64,000 bases of DNA from Felis catus (GCF_018350175.1 NC_058383.1:15316001-15380000), one strand, 5' to 3'; shown: positions 50,396 through 63,780, counted from the stretch's first letter. Notes: generated by a model not told the origin, from the sequence alone. A program made the numbers and translations.

Positions 50396-50775
50396 GTTTT
50401 TAAGAACCTGTAAAATGAAACAAAAATAAACAAAATGCTCACATAAGCATTTAAATCAATTTTTGTAGGCCTTTTCTAACATACGTACTAAATTATTTAT
50501 AACTGAACCAGATGGTGGATTCTAATCTTAAAAGTCAGTGTATTAGTACTTCTTGATCAGAAGCCACAGTACAGGAAACCTCTCCATTTACTTTTATCTT
50601 TCTAACATCTCACTAATGAATTTGTTAAGTATATTGTTTGCTTTTTTAAAAACTGGGTAAATGTATTGCCTCAGAAACTAAAGAACTGCGTTACTGGCTA
50701 TAAACAGGTACTACATGTAAGGGGTATTACCCACGAAATCCTCTTTTGAATCTTGACCTTCAAAAACGACGACAG

Positions 50776-50782
50776 ACACACA

Positions 50783-50835
<53 letters not shown>
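50776..50835. repeat. (AC)n microsatellite with one interruption
   Basis: Read directly from the sequence. Confidence 0.95.
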
Positions 50836-51058
50836 CTACTTATGTCAAGAATTTTAGGAAGAGAGAAGAGACTATAAAATGTGTAGCAATGAGAACTAGG
50901 ACACAAAGCACTTGATTCTCTCCTCCACAAGCTAAGTATTAGGTGATCCAAATATTTCAGTTCACATAATCATATGACTTTTGTTTTGCAAATATTCATC
51001 CTATAATATTTTAAGACTTGTAAGCGCATACTCTATCACTAAACAGGAGATGTAATGA

Positions 51059-51235
51059 GGCACCCAGGCGGCTCAGTTGGTTGAGCATCTGACTCTTGGT
51101 TTCAGCTCAGGTCATGATCCTAGGATCATGGGATCAAGCCCCACGTTGAGCTCTGCACTGAGCACGGAGCCTGCTTAAGATTCTCTCTCCCTCTCCCTCT
51201 GCCCCTCTCCCTTTCTTGTGTTCTCTCTCTAAAAT

Positions 51236-51266
<31 letters not shown>

Positions 51267-51287
51267 AATTAATTAAATTAAATAAAA
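51059..51287 (+). mobile_element. Older Can-SINE with (GATA)n in its tail
   Basis: Head ggcacccaggcggctcag; tail contains (taga)6. Confidence 0.92.
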
Positions 51288-51376
51288 AGGAGGTGTGACG
51301 TATCATTTTATTGCAATGCCACCACATTTTAGCAATGTCCTTGACTGAAATAGTAGCTGCGGATCTAGACTATACA

Positions 51377-51625
51377 CAGGACTTCTCAACCTCAGCACGA
51401 CTGACATTTTGGACACGTTAATTCTTTGTTGTACAGGTTTGTCCTGTCCTGTGCAATACAGGATGTTTAGGAGCATCTCTGACCTCTGCCCAAAAGACAC
51501 CAGAAGTACCTCCCTCGATAAGAATGATACAAAATGTTTCCAGACATTGTCAAATGGCCCAGGTTCTGCCCTGCCCACCCCTCACAAGTGAAAAGCAGAA
51601 ATTTTGCTCCAGCTGAGAATCACTG
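51377..51625. mobile_element. MER20 hAT-Charlie transposon
   Basis: caggacttctcaacctcagcacgactgacattttgg...ccagacattgtcaaatg...gctgagaatcactg. Confidence 0.88.
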
Positions 51626-51815
51626 ATTTAACAAGATGTCCAAAGAGATACATTTCAGTTGTTGTTGTTGTTTTCCACTATATCCCTGGATAACTAGACA
51701 AGGGAATACATGTACTTCCTTCAATAGGAGATGATGAGAATTTAATGAGATGATGATATTATGGGTGTATTCTTTCTTAAAAGATATTATTTTTTGTATT
51801 AACCTTCAACTGAGA

Positions 51816-51840
51816 GTGTTCGCTTCGGCAACACATACAG
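51816..51840 (+). pseudogene. 3'-truncated (tailless) U6 snRNA retrocopy
   Basis: gtgttcgcttcggcaacacatacag matches U6 nt 1-25 (GTGCTCGCTTCGGCAGCACATATAC) at 21/25; flanked by TSD taaccttcaa(c/a)tgaga at 51800-51815 and 51841-51856. Confidence 0.88.
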
Positions 51841-53093
51841 TAACCTTCAAATGAGATATGTACAGACGGAACAATATGATGGCTGGGATTTGCATCAAAA
51901 TAGTAAGGATAAATGGATAAATAGTAAGATAAATGGAACGCGACTGACTTTGTGTTAATAAAATGCACACAAAGTCTTATTATACTATTTACCTATATTC
52001 AAAAAACTCTGTAATCAAAGTTAAAAAAAAAAAAAAAAAAGAACTCTGCACAGATCTCAGGAGATAAACAATCTGCTGCTGACTGCACCAAAGTAAGAAA
52101 ACAACACGTGGCTGACTGCCTGTAAAGAAACGCTGGGAGACAGGGTCCTGGGTGAGTCAAAGCACTGAAAAGCACTCACACACACCAGGGAATAAAAGAA
52201 GCCTGAACCACACTGAGGATACAATGCATTCTAGGAAAAGCCCTGAAAAGACACTAAACTTTCACCTACATCTGACTTTCAGGCTCAGCACATGCAGGCA
52301 GTGAAGGCAAAGACAGAGTTGTCAATAAATAGCCTGGCCAAGCTTTGAAGGAATGCCCCAACACAGAATCTATCTGCAAAGACTGGTGGGGGGGGGGGGG
52401 ATTCCTCTTTTTTTCTTTGACTCCATGTGCTCAAGGAAATCTCTGTCAACACATTTCCTGGCCACTAAAACAAAGGCGTCACAGACAATACACAACATAG
52501 AATAAAGTCTGTATAAAAATAGTCTAGAAACTCACTAAACAAACAACTAAAACCCAGAGCAAGCAACAAAAACCTGAAGAATGGGAAGAATCTGATTTTC
52601 AGAGTTAGCACATCATAATATCCAAAATGTCAGCTGTCAATACGAAGAAGCATACGAAGCATACGAAGAAACAAGAAAAGTATGGACCACTCACAGGAGA
52701 AATTAACAAAAACTCTCCTTAAAGAAGCACAAACATTATACTTACTAGAAAAAGACTAAGTCACCTGTCTTAAACATGCTCAAAGAGCTAAAGGAAACCA
52801 TGGTCAAAGAGCTGAAGAAAACCAGGAGAAAGATCTCAACAGATGCTGACAATAAATTAAGAAATACAAATGATAAAAAGAAACCAAAAAGAAGTTCTAG
52901 AACTGAAAAGTATAACAAAAAATTCAGCAGAGGGCTGCAACAGCAGATTGAACAGGCTTTGAGAAGAAAGAATCAGTAAATCTGAAGATATGTCAATTAT
53001 CCAATCTGAGGAACTGGAAAAAAAAAAGTGTGAAGAAAAGTGCACGCAGCCTTACAAGACCTGTGGGACAACCATCAAGAATACCAACATACA

Positions 53094-53300
53094 AGGCGCC
53101 TGGGTGGCTTAGTCAGTTAGGCATCCAACTTCTGCTCAGGTCATGACCTCACTGTTTATGGGTTCGAGCCCCGCATTGGGCTCTGTGCTGACAGCTCAGA
53201 GCCTGGAGCCTCCTTTGGATTCTGTGTCTCCCTCTCTCTCTGCCCCTCCCCTGCTTATTCTCTGTCTCTGCCTCTCTCTCTCTCTGTCTCTCTCTCTCTG

Positions 53301-53333
<33 letters not shown>

Positions 53334-53367
53334 AATAAATAATAAACATTTAAAAAAAAAAAAACAA
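53094..53367 (+). mobile_element. Can-SINE
   Basis: TSD caagaataccaacata. Confidence 0.94.
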
Positions 53368-54119
53368 CAAGAATACCAACATATGTTTAATGGAAGTCCC
53401 AGAAGGAGAGGAAAGGGAAAAAGGGGCAGAAAGAATATGTGAAAAAATAATGTAACAACTTCCCAAATTAAAGACATGAATTTACACATCCAACAAGCTC
53501 AATGAACTCAAGCAGAATACATTCAAAAAATCCACACCAAGACACAGCAGTTCATCAAACTGCTGAAAAACAAAGGATTCAAGAATCTTGAAGGAAGCAA
53601 GAGAAGACATTCATCACACATAAGGGATTCTCAGTAAGATTAACAGTCAATTTCTCAGCAGAAACAATCAAGGTCAGGACGCAGTGGGATGACATATTTA
53701 AAATGCTAAAAGGAAAAAAAATGTTAGCCAGGAATTCTCTATCTGGCAAAGCTATTCTTCAAAACCAAAGGAAATATTAAGACCTGTACTACAAGAAATG
53801 CTAAAGGCAGTCCCTGAAGCAGAAATGACAGGACACTAGACAGACATGCACCAAACAAAGAAATACAGAACAACATAAAGGTTATTACATAGGCAAATAC
53901 AGAAGTCTGTATTACCGCACTTTTGGATTCTAATTCCTCTTTTTTTCCTATACAATTTAAAAGACAAATGTATATAACAATAATCACAAATGTATGTTAA
54001 TGAGCACACAATGCATAAAGTTGTAATTTGTGACAACAACATAAAAGAACGGGAATGAAGCTCTGTATGAACAAAGTTTTTGAATATAGTTGAACCAAGG
54101 GTGGTCATAGTTCAAAATA

Positions 54120-54750
54120 AAGTCAATCCTCACTATTTGCTGATTCCATATTTGCAAAATCACCTACTTGCTAAACTTTCTCTGTAACCCCAAAATCGAT
54201 ATTTGAGGCATATTTGTGGTCATTCATGGCCACTCAGCAGCAAAAAATTTGAGTCGCATAGTACACACACTCCCAACTGAGGTCAAACAAGGCAATGTTC
54301 TCTTTGCCTTGTTTAAGCTCTTGTACTGCAAAGTGTTCTTTTGGCAGTCAACTTAATGCCCCATTTTCTGCACTTTGTGCTGTTTGTTAGTGATGCTACT
54401 ATTTAAAATAGTCTCCAAGCACACTGCTAAAGTGCCGTGTAGTGTTCTTAGGTGTGATGTGCCTTGCAGGGAAAATACATGTGTTAGGTAAGCTTCATTG
54501 AGGCGTGAATTACAGTGCTGTTGGCCGTAAGTTCAATGTTAATGAATCAACAGTATATATAAAATAAGGCATCTTTAAACAGAAACACACATAAAACAAA
54601 GTTATGTGCTGATAAGATGGCAAATATGTTGGGCCAAGAGGAGTGCAAGAACCTAATCCTTTATTTCTCCTAAAAGTCACAGTTTAGTATTTGCTAATGC
54701 AGGGTTTGTGCCAACTTTATAGAACTACCACAAATAAAGAAAATTAAATG
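54120..54750. mobile_element. MER82-like TcMar-Tigger non-autonomous transposon
   Basis: agtcaatcctcactatttgc..attccatatttgcaaa...ctttatagaactaccacaaataa; TA dinucleotide on both sides (54118-54119 and 54751-54752). Confidence 0.8.
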
Positions 54751-54994
54751 TAGAGTGTTATAAGTCTAAGAGGTTACTTTTAATCCTGAGGGGAATAACC
54801 AAGAAAATAACTAAAAAATGTACAGAAAGGGAAACACTGTACACAACAAATTGTGTTATGTCAAATTGTACACAACAAAAAAATCAAACACAAAAGAAGG
54901 CAGTAATAAAGTGTGCAGCCAAAAAGATTAAAAACTTATAAAAACAAAGAGCAAAAGTGAATGGGTCAAATTCTCTAATTAAAAGCCAGAGATT

Positions 54995-55211
54995 GGGGCG
55001 CCTGGGTGGCTCAGCTGGGTAAGCATCTGACTTCAGCTCAGATCATGATCTCGCAGTTCGTGAGTTTGAGCCCCGCATCATGCTCTATGCCAACAGCTCA
55101 GTGCCTGGAGCCTGCTCTGGATTCTGTGTCTCCCCCTCTCTCTCTCTCTCTGCCCCTCTCCCGCTCACACTCTGTCTCTCTCTTAAAAATAAATAAACAT
55201 TAAAAAAAAAA
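54995..55211 (+). mobile_element. Can-SINE
   Basis: TSD aaaagccagagatt. Confidence 0.95.
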
Positions 55212-55253
55212 AAAAGCCAGAGATTGGCAAATGGATTTAAAAAAAGAAATCTA

Positions 55254-55380
55254 GGGGCGCCTGGGTGGCTCAGTCAGTTAAGCGTCTGACTCTTGGGTTT
55301 CAGCTCAGGTCATGATCTATCAATTCGTGAGTTAGAGCCCTGCTTAGGGCTCTGCACTGATAGTGTGGAGCCTGATTGGG

Positions 55381-55418
<38 letters not shown>

Positions 55419-55460
55419 CTCCCCCACCAACTCTCTCACAATAAATAAATAAACTTAAAA
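55254..55460 (+). mobile_element. Can-SINE
   Basis: Head, (CT)n and tail; flanking repeat aaatcta. Confidence 0.94.
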
Positions 55461-57486
55461 AAAAATCTAACAATATGCTGCCTACAAGAGATTCACTTTA
55501 GATCCAAAGACACAAATAGAAGTGAAAGGAGGAAAAAACATTTAGTACGAATAGTAACCAAAAGAGAGCTGAGGCAGCTATACTAATATAACACAAAATA
55601 GACTTTAAGTCAAAAACTGCTACAAAAGACAAAGAACATTATATATTGATAAACGGGTTAATCCATTAAGAACATGTTAACAATTATAACAAAATACATA
55701 CTTAATAAAAGAACACCAAAATATATGAAGCAGAAATTTATAAGCTAAGGAGAAAACACAGCTCTAAATTAATAATTATAAAATTCAAATCCACATTTTA
55801 AATAACAGACAGAACTAGGCAGAAGATCAATAAAGAAATAGTACATTTGAACAATATGATAAACCAAAAATACCTATGACATAAACAAAACAATATACCC
55901 AAAAACATCAGAATACACATTTTTTTCAAGTGTACATAGCACATTTTCTAAGTTGTACCATATTTTAGATCAAAAAACTAGTGTCAATGAACTTTAAAAG
56001 ACTGAAATCATACGAAATATTTGCTTCAACCACAATGGCATAAAATCAGAAGTGAAGAACAGAGAGAAAACTGAAATATTAATGTGTGGAAATTAAACAT
56101 AACACTTTTAAACAACCAATGGATCAAAGAAGAAAACATAGAGATATTACAAAATACTTAAGAGATGAATGGAATGTAGCTAAAACAGTGCTCAGAGGGA
56201 AATGTATAGCTATAAACACCTACGTTAAAAAAAAAAAATGAATTACCTAACTATATACCATAAAATACTAGAAAAAAGAAAAGCAAATGAAGTTCAAGGC
56301 AGCAAGAGGAAGGATATCATAAAGATCAGAATAGAAACAAAAACATTAGAGAAAAATCAGTGAGCCCAAAAACTGGTTCTTGCAAAGATCAACAACACTG
56401 ACAAACCTTTACCTAGATTGAAAAAAAAAGACTCAAATTAGTAAATTCGGAAATGAAAATTAACACCTCACTACCAACCTTACAGAAACAAAGAGGATTA
56501 TGAAAAGACTATAAACAACTATATGCCAACAAATTAGATAAACTAGACAAAATGAACAAGTTCTTAGAAATATACAAGTTCCCAAAACTGACTCATGTAG
56601 AAATGGAAAATTTAAACCAACTTATGACAAGTAAAGTAAGTGAATCAGTAAGTAAAACCTCCCTGCAAAGAAAAGCCCCAAAACAGGTTTTACTGGTGAA
56701 TTCCTCTAAGGATTCAAAGAATCAACACCAATTCTTCCCAAACTTTTCCAAAAAATAAAAGAAGAGGGAACACTTCCTAACTCATTCTATGAGATCAGCA
56801 TCATCCTCATAACAAAGCCAGAAAAAGCCATCCTAAAATAAATTTATTTCTCCCAAAGTGTCAGTTTGCAATTCTAAAAGTCCTTCACATGCATATAACT
56901 ATAACTGACATTAATATGTTGTAGTTGAAAACAGCCAGGCCAGGTTCTTACTGCCCAAGAAAAAAGTTACAAAATAAGGGTATGCCAGAATGAGCTCTGT
57001 GATGCTGATAGGAGTTGAAGGTATCAGTACAAATTCATGGTTCCGTATTTTAATATACACAGACAGATATACACACATACATGTATTTTCTACTTCTATC
57101 TGCTGAGAAGGCCTGGAAGCACTAACACCTCAATAACAGTGAACATAGCAAGCATCCAAATTTTAGACTTTAAATATCATTCTTCAATAAGGGAAACTAA
57201 GGCTCCTTAGAGAAGGGGTTGATTCCAAGGCTGGTCAGGGAAAACACAAATTGAGCCTGAAACTTCTTCTGGAGTCATATAACACACAGTGTTTTAAATG
57301 AAAGAAAAGCCACAGAAGTCAACCCAACAGAACTCTTAATGGCCAAAGCTAGAAAAATATGAGTAGTAAATAATAATAGTATTGGATTATAACCAAAGGA
57401 ATAAGTATCCTTGAGTCCAAACTAATATAATATAAATTTTAAAATGGGGGAGAAATGATGCTTCCTCACAGAAGAATTCCATTATA

Positions 57487-57489
<3 letters not shown>

Positions 57490-57524
<35 letters not shown>
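57490..57524. repeat. A35 homopolymer
   Basis: Read directly from the sequence. Confidence 0.9.
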
Positions 57525-57526
<2 letters not shown>

Positions 57527-58185
57527 AAATAAAAAATAAACATTAGAACACCAAAGCAACAATTTGATGCAGGCAAAAATCCATAAACGAATGAAATATT
57601 TAGTGGGCAAATGCTTAAAGAGAAACAGCATATTTGCATAGGCTCAAAGTATCTTATCAAAATATTTATTACTTACAAAGAAGAAATCAATTTTAAGGTG
57701 GAACATTACACTTGAAAGCCTGGCAAAAAGGTTAACAACACCAGTATTAGGACATATTGATATCATATAGCCCTTAATAAGACCTGCTGGAAAGATCACA
57801 TTCCCTCTATGGTAGTCTTCCCCAAATCCATAATTTCACTTTAACCATGAGAAAACATTAGACAAAATATCTGACCAAAACTCTTCAAAGGTGTCGAAAT
57901 CATGAAGAACAAGGAAAGAACTATGGCAGACTAGAGAAAACTAAAGAGACATAACAACTCAATGTGATGTGGGATCCCAAACTGAATCCTGAAAGACCAT
58001 TAGTGGGAAAGCTGAAGAAACTCAAATAGTTTCCAGTTTCATTAATAGTATTGCATCAATATTAATTTCTTGGTTTTGATCATTGTTCCAGAGTTAAGTA
58101 AGGTCTTTCTTAACATTAGGGAACATTAGGTGAAAGATATACAGAAACCCTACGATCTTTGTAACTCTTCTGCAAATCTGTAATT

Positions 58186-58378
58186 AATTTTTTTAATGTT
58201 TATTTTTCAGAGAGCATGAATGGAGAGGGGCAGAGAGAGACAGAGCACAGGGTCAGAAGCAGATTCCAGGCTCTGAGCTCAGCACAGAGCCCGACTCAGA
58301 GCTTGAACCCACGAACCGCAAGATCATGACCTGAACTGAATTTGGATGCTTAACCAACTGAGCCACCCAGGCACATCA
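58186..58378 (-). mobile_element. Can-SINE
   Basis: Reverse body ending gagccacccaggcac. Confidence 0.92.
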
Positions 58379-58394
58379 CACCGAGAATTATTTT

Positions 58395-58597
58395 TAAAAA
58401 AATTGTAATGTTTATTCATTTTTGAGGGAGAGAGAGACAGAGCACGAGTGGGTTAGGGGTAGAGAGAAAGGGAGACACAGAATCCAAAGCAGGCTCTAGG
58501 CTCTGAGCTATGAGCACAGAGTCTGATGTGGGGCTCAAACTCATGAATCTGAGCCGAAGTTGGATGCTTAACTAGCTAAAGCCACCCAAGTACCCCT
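58395..58597 (-). mobile_element. Can-SINE
   Basis: Flanking repeat agaattatttt at 58384 and 58598. Confidence 0.92.
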
Positions 58598-58939
58598 AGA
58601 ATTATTTTAAAACAAAAAGTTTATGCCTATAAGATTTTAATGATAGAACAAGAGTCTTATTTTAAAGACTAAAAAAGGATGTAAAACAAATTAGAGAATG
58701 ATTTCAACCACATTTTTAAAAAAGTGAGAAGACCCAGGAAAAAAAGAATGAAAGCAAATACTGGAAAGTGTTAACTATGATTTGTCTGGATTCTGGAATT
58801 ATAGATAGTTGTTTCTCTTTATACTTTTTGGTATTTTCCAAAAGTTTGTACAATAAACATGGATTACTTTTATGACCAATGATATAAAACCTTTTCTCAA
58901 GAGAAGAATTATAGGTCTTGTACCAATATGATAGATAAA

Positions 58940-59690
58940 TCAAGAAATGGCATAGACTGGAAAGTATTAAATCATTCTGGTTGCTAAAGAATGAAATGTT
59001 GAGACTCTAGAATTAAGTATACAAATGGATATAGTGAGTTAGAGGAAGAAGAACTTTTCAGCCTAAGCCACTGGATAACTAATGGTGCCATTACCAAAAT
59101 AGTATGAAGAGGTTAACAGTATAATAGATTCCACTGTGGACAAACGGGACTTAAAGTACTTGTGGATCATCTGAGACAATATATCCAACAGGCAACTGCA
59201 AACCAAGGATGAAAACTCAGAAAGGAGACGGGCTAGAGATAAAGAATAGAAAGGTGTCAAACTCCAGGTATTTAATGAAGCCACAGAGATGGTTTACTAC
59301 CCCTCCCATTATAACATAGAGCAACAAAAGAAAGCCAAGGGTAGAATCAGAAAGAATTCATCAGGTCAACAATAAGCCAAAGAGCTAAAAGGGAAATTAA
59401 AAAGTAACTGTCAAAGGGCTGGGAGAAAACACTAGAAAAGACAGGTGTGTCTGAATCCAATAGAAGTAGAGATCCTTGTTTTCTAGCATGTTTTCCTGGA
59501 GTTCAATTGAGAGAATTAAGTCACCTCTATTCGATTTGATAGTAAAGAAGTCACTAGCTATCATAACAAAACGAACTGCAATGGAGACATCAGCCAGCAG
59601 AGAATTGAGGTGGTGAAAAGCAAACAGGTGTTAGTGAAAGAGAAAAATGGATTAGTAGCAAGCACAAAAGATTTCTGCAATTTAGACATT
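58940..59690 (-). mobile_element. Degenerate L2 fragment
   Basis: ctggataactaatggtgccatt...atccaacaggcaactg...gggctagagataaag. Confidence 0.6.
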
Positions 59691-59716
59691 TTCTTTCGCT
59701 TAAAATTTCCAACTTT

Positions 59717-59930
59717 AGGGGCGCCTGGGTGGCACAGTCGGTTAAGCGTCCGACTTCAGCCAGGTCACGATCTCGCAGTCCATGAGTTCGAGCCCCGCAT
59801 CGGGCTCTGGGCTGATGGCTCAGAGCCTGGAGCCTGTTTCCGATTCTGTGTCTCCCTCGCTCTCTGCCCCTCCCCCGTTCATGCTCTGTCTCTCTCTGTC
59901 CCAAAAATAAATAAACATTGAAAAAAAAAA
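59717..59930 (+). mobile_element. Young SINEC_Fc-type SINE
   Basis: Same diagnostics as the copy at 7760; TSD ttccaacttta. Confidence 0.96.
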
Positions 59931-60248
59931 ATTCCAACTTTAAAAGATTGAATTCTACATATGAGGGACTATAGTTGGCTTAAAGACATTTGAATTCAAC
60001 ACCTTGAATTTCCAGCAAGATAAATAAAAGAGCTTCCTATAACAAAACACCTAACATGATACCTTAGCATTAAAGTAGTCTTAAAAAGAAAAAGACAATA
60101 AAATGTAGAAAAGCATGGTAAACACAAATCACAAAATGAGAGAATTAAATATTCGTTAATTTATTAATGTATCAATATTTATCAATATCAACAATCACAA
60201 TAAGACCAACTAAACTCCAAACAGACTTCTAAAAATCCAGCAATTCCA

Positions 60249-60457
60249 GGGGCGCCTGAGTGGTTCAGTTAGGCATTGGATTTCGGCTCAGGTTACAGTC
60301 TCATGGCTCGTGAGTTCGAGCTCCATGTCGGGCTCTGTGCTGACAGCTCAGAGCCTGGAACCTACTTTGGATTCTGTGTCTCCCTCTCTCTCTGCCCCTC
60401 CCCTGCTCGTGCTGTCTCTCTCTCTTAAAAATAAATAAACATTAAAAACTTAAAAAA
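60249..60457 (+). mobile_element. Can-SINE
   Basis: TSD aaaaatcca(g/t)caattcca. Confidence 0.94.
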
Positions 60458-60500
60458 AAAATCCATCAATTCCATATACAAGTGAAAATATTGGTCTATA

Positions 60501-60677
60501 GGGGCACCTGGGTGGCTCACTGGGTTAAGCATTCGATTTCAGCTCAGGTCATAATCTTGTGCTGACAGCTCAGGGCCTAGAGTCTGCTTCTGTGTTTCCG
60601 TCTCTCTCTGCCCCTCCTCTGATCGCACATGTGTGCATACTCGCTCTCTCTCTCAAAAAATAAATAAATATTATAAA
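60501..60677 (+). mobile_element. Can-SINE (internally deleted)
   Basis: TSD gaaaatattggtctata at 60484-60500 and 60678-60694. Confidence 0.93.
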
Positions 60678-60892
60678 GAAAATATTGGTCTATAAAAGAC
60701 TTATACACTAATGTTCACAGCAGCTTTATAATCCAGTCAAAACCTGGAAAAAAATCAAAGATGAATGGAGAAACAAACTGTGATATAACCATACGATAGA
60801 CTGTGTGCTTCAGCAATAAAAGGAAAAAAATTACTGATGTATATAACAACATGAATGAATCCCAAAAACGTGACAAAAGAAGCCAGACACAA

Positions 60893-62519
60893 AATATTGT
60901 TAAAATGTCAATACTACCCAATGCAATCTACACATTCAATGCGATCCCAATCAAAATTGCACCAGCATTCTTCTCGAAGCTAGAACAAGCAATCCTAAAT
61001 TTGTATGGAACCACAAAAGACTCCGAATTAGCCAAAGTAATAGTGAAGAAGAAGACCAAAGCAGGAGGCATCACAATCCTAGACTTTAGCCTCTACTACA
61101 AAGCTGTAATCATCAAGACAGCATGGCATTGGCACAAAAACAGACACATAGACCAATGGAATAGAATAGAGACTCCAGAATTGGACCCACAAAAGTATGG
61201 CCAACTAATCTTTGAAAGAATATCCAATGGAAAAAAGACAGTCTCTTTAACAAATGGTGCTGGGAGAACTAGACAGCAACATGCAGAAGAATGAAACTAG
61301 ACCACTTTCTTACACCATTCACAAAAATAAACTCAAAATGGATAAAGGAATTGAATGCGAGACAGGAAACCATAAAACACTGGAGGAGAAAGCAGGGAAA
61401 AACCTCTCTGACCTTAGCCGCAGCAATTTCTTACTTGACACATCTCCAAAGGCAAGGGAATTAAAAGCAAAAATGAACTATCGGGACCTCATCAAGATAA
61501 AAAGATTCTGCACCGAAAAGGAACAATCAACAAAGCTAAAAGGCAACCGACAGAATGGGAAAAGATATTTGCAAATGACATATCCAAAATCTATAAAAAG
61601 AACTCACCAAACTCCACACCCAGAAAACAAATAATCCAGTGAAGATATGGGCAGAAGACATGAACAGACACTTCTCTAAAGAAGACATCCGGATGGCCAA
61701 CAGGCACATTAAAAGATGCTCAATGCCACTCCTCATCGGGGAGATGTGAATCAAAACCACACTGGGATATAACCTCATGCCAGTCAGAGTGGCCAAAATG
61801 AACAAATCAGGAGACTATAGATGCTGGAGAGGACGTGGAGAAACGGGAACTCTCCTGCATTCCTGGTGGGAATGCAAACTGGTGCAGCCACTCTGGAAAA
61901 CAGTGTGGAGGTTCCTCAAAAATTAAAAATAGATCTACCCTATGACCCAGCAATAGCACTGCTAGGAATTTACCCAACGGATACAGGAGTGCTGAGGCAT
62001 AGGGGCACTTGTACCCCAATGTTTATAGCAGCACTCTCAACAATAGCCAAATTATGGAAAGAGCTTAAATGTCCATCAACTGATGAATGGATAAAGAAAT
62101 TGTGGTTTATATACACAATGGAATACTACGTGGCAATGAGAAAGAATGAAATATGGCTTTTTGTAGCAACGTGGATGGAACTGGAGAGTGTTAGGCTAAC
62201 TGAAATAAGTCATACAGAGAAAGAGAGATACCATATGTTTTCACTCTTATGTGGATATCCTGAGAAACTTAACAGAAGACCATGGGGGAGGGGAAGGGAA
62301 AAAGAAAAAGTTAGAGAGGGAGACAGCCAAACCATAAGAGGCTCTTAAAAACTGAGAATAAACTGAGGGTTGGTGGGTGGTTGGAGGGAGGGGAGGGTGG
62401 GTGATGGGCATTGAGGAGGGCATCTGTTAGGATGAGCACTGGGTGTTGTATAGAAACCAATTTGACAATAAATTTCATATTAAAAAAATAAATGAATGTG
62501 TAAAAAAAAAAAAGGAAAG
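60893..62519 (+). mobile_element. 5'-truncated L1_Fc-type LINE inserted in an older L1M
   Basis: Frameshifted ORF2 C-terminus ([64 protein letters not shown]), felid 3' UTR and A tail; TSD aaagaa(g/a)ccagacacaaaa at 60876-60894 and 62520-62538. Confidence 0.96.
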
Positions 62520-62707
62520 AAAGAAACCAGACACAAAAATGCATACCGAATGATTCCATTTTTAAGCAACTCTATAGAAAAAAGCAACCTAACACATATT
62601 GTCAGAAAGAAAATCAATTTGCCTGGTGCTAGGATAAGACGAGAGAAATTAACTGGGAGGCAGAGCACAAGGGAACCTCCAGGACTAACGTAAATGTCCT
62701 TCATCTT

Positions 62708-62933
62708 TTTTTTAATATGTATTTTTAGATGTTTATTTATTTTTGAGAGACAGAGAGCATGTGTGCCTGCAAATGGGAGAGGGGCAGAGAGACAGGGGGA
62801 CAGAGAATCCCAAGCAGGCTTCACGCTGCCAGCACAGAGCCCAACATGGGGCTTGAACTCACGAATCATAAGATCATGACCTGGGCCAAAGCCAAAAGTC
62901 CGACACTTAACTAACTGAGCCACCCAGGTGCCC
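62708..62933 (-). mobile_element. Can-SINE
   Basis: TSD aaatgtccttcatctt. Confidence 0.94.
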
Positions 62934-63028
62934 AGAAAATGTCCTTCATCTTGATCGTGGTCACAGTCACACAGATGTACACATATACCAAAACTCACTG
63001 AACTGTATCTTTAAACAAATGCATTTCA

Positions 63029-63254
63029 GGGAGCCTGGGTGGTTTAGTAGGTTAAGTGACCAACTTCGGCTCAGGTCTTGATCTCACAGTTCATGGGTCC
63101 CAGTCCCACATCGGGCTCTGTGCTGATAGCTCAGAGCCTGGAGCCTGCTTCAGATTCTGTCTCTCCCTCTCTCTCTGTCCCTCCCCAATTTGCACACACT
63201 CTCTCTCTCTCTCTCTCTCTCTCTCAAAAATAAATAAAACATTTTTTAAAAATT
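63029..63254 (+). mobile_element. Can-SINE
   Basis: TSD ttaaacaaatgcatttca. Confidence 0.94.
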
Positions 63255-63594
63255 TTAAACAAATGCATTTCACTGTACATAAACAAAGCTTCAATAAAGT
63301 GGATTTTTAAAAATTTATCCAGCCAAACACTTGTTTATAAGTAGCCCACCTAAAATATAAGCATGCACAATGATTGAAGTTACATGAAGGAAAAAAAAAG
63401 AAAGACTGGGCAAGAATTAGTAATCAAATGAAATTTAGTATCTTTATATTAATATCACAAAGTGTAGACTTTAAAGCAAAAAGGCATTATTATGGATAAA
63501 GGGGATGACTAAATAATGATAAGACAAATAATCAGTTATATAAAATAAATTTCATTGCTGTTTTATTACCCAACAATTAAAAATACCCTCTTTT

Positions 63595-63780
63595 GGGGTG
63601 CCTGGGTGGCTCAGTCAGTTGAGCATCCAACTCTTGATTCCACCTCAGGTCATGATCTCACCATTCATGAGTTTCAGCGCCCCTGTCAGGCTCTACAACT
63701 GCTTGGGATTCTGTCTCTGCCCCTCTCCCACTCACACTCACTCGCTCTCTCTCAAAATAAATGGATAAACTTAAGAAAAA
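63595..63780 (+). mobile_element. Can-SINE
   Basis: Head ggggtgcctgggtggctcag; flanking repeat taccct(c/g)tttt. Confidence 0.92.

Larger units (their letters stand above)
52040..58185 (+). mobile_element. Long degenerate L1MC-type element
   Basis: ORF1 remnants (MLKELKETMVKELKKTR), endonuclease and ORF2 remnants (MNKFLEIYKFPKLT; cttcctaactcattctatgag), and an L1MC 3' UTR; interrupted by SINEs and MER82. Confidence 0.85.

Noticed and set aside
60803..62348. ORFs of 163, 126 and 175 aa as a functional gene
   Set aside because: They are frameshifted pieces of L1 ORF2 in a 5'-truncated insertion.
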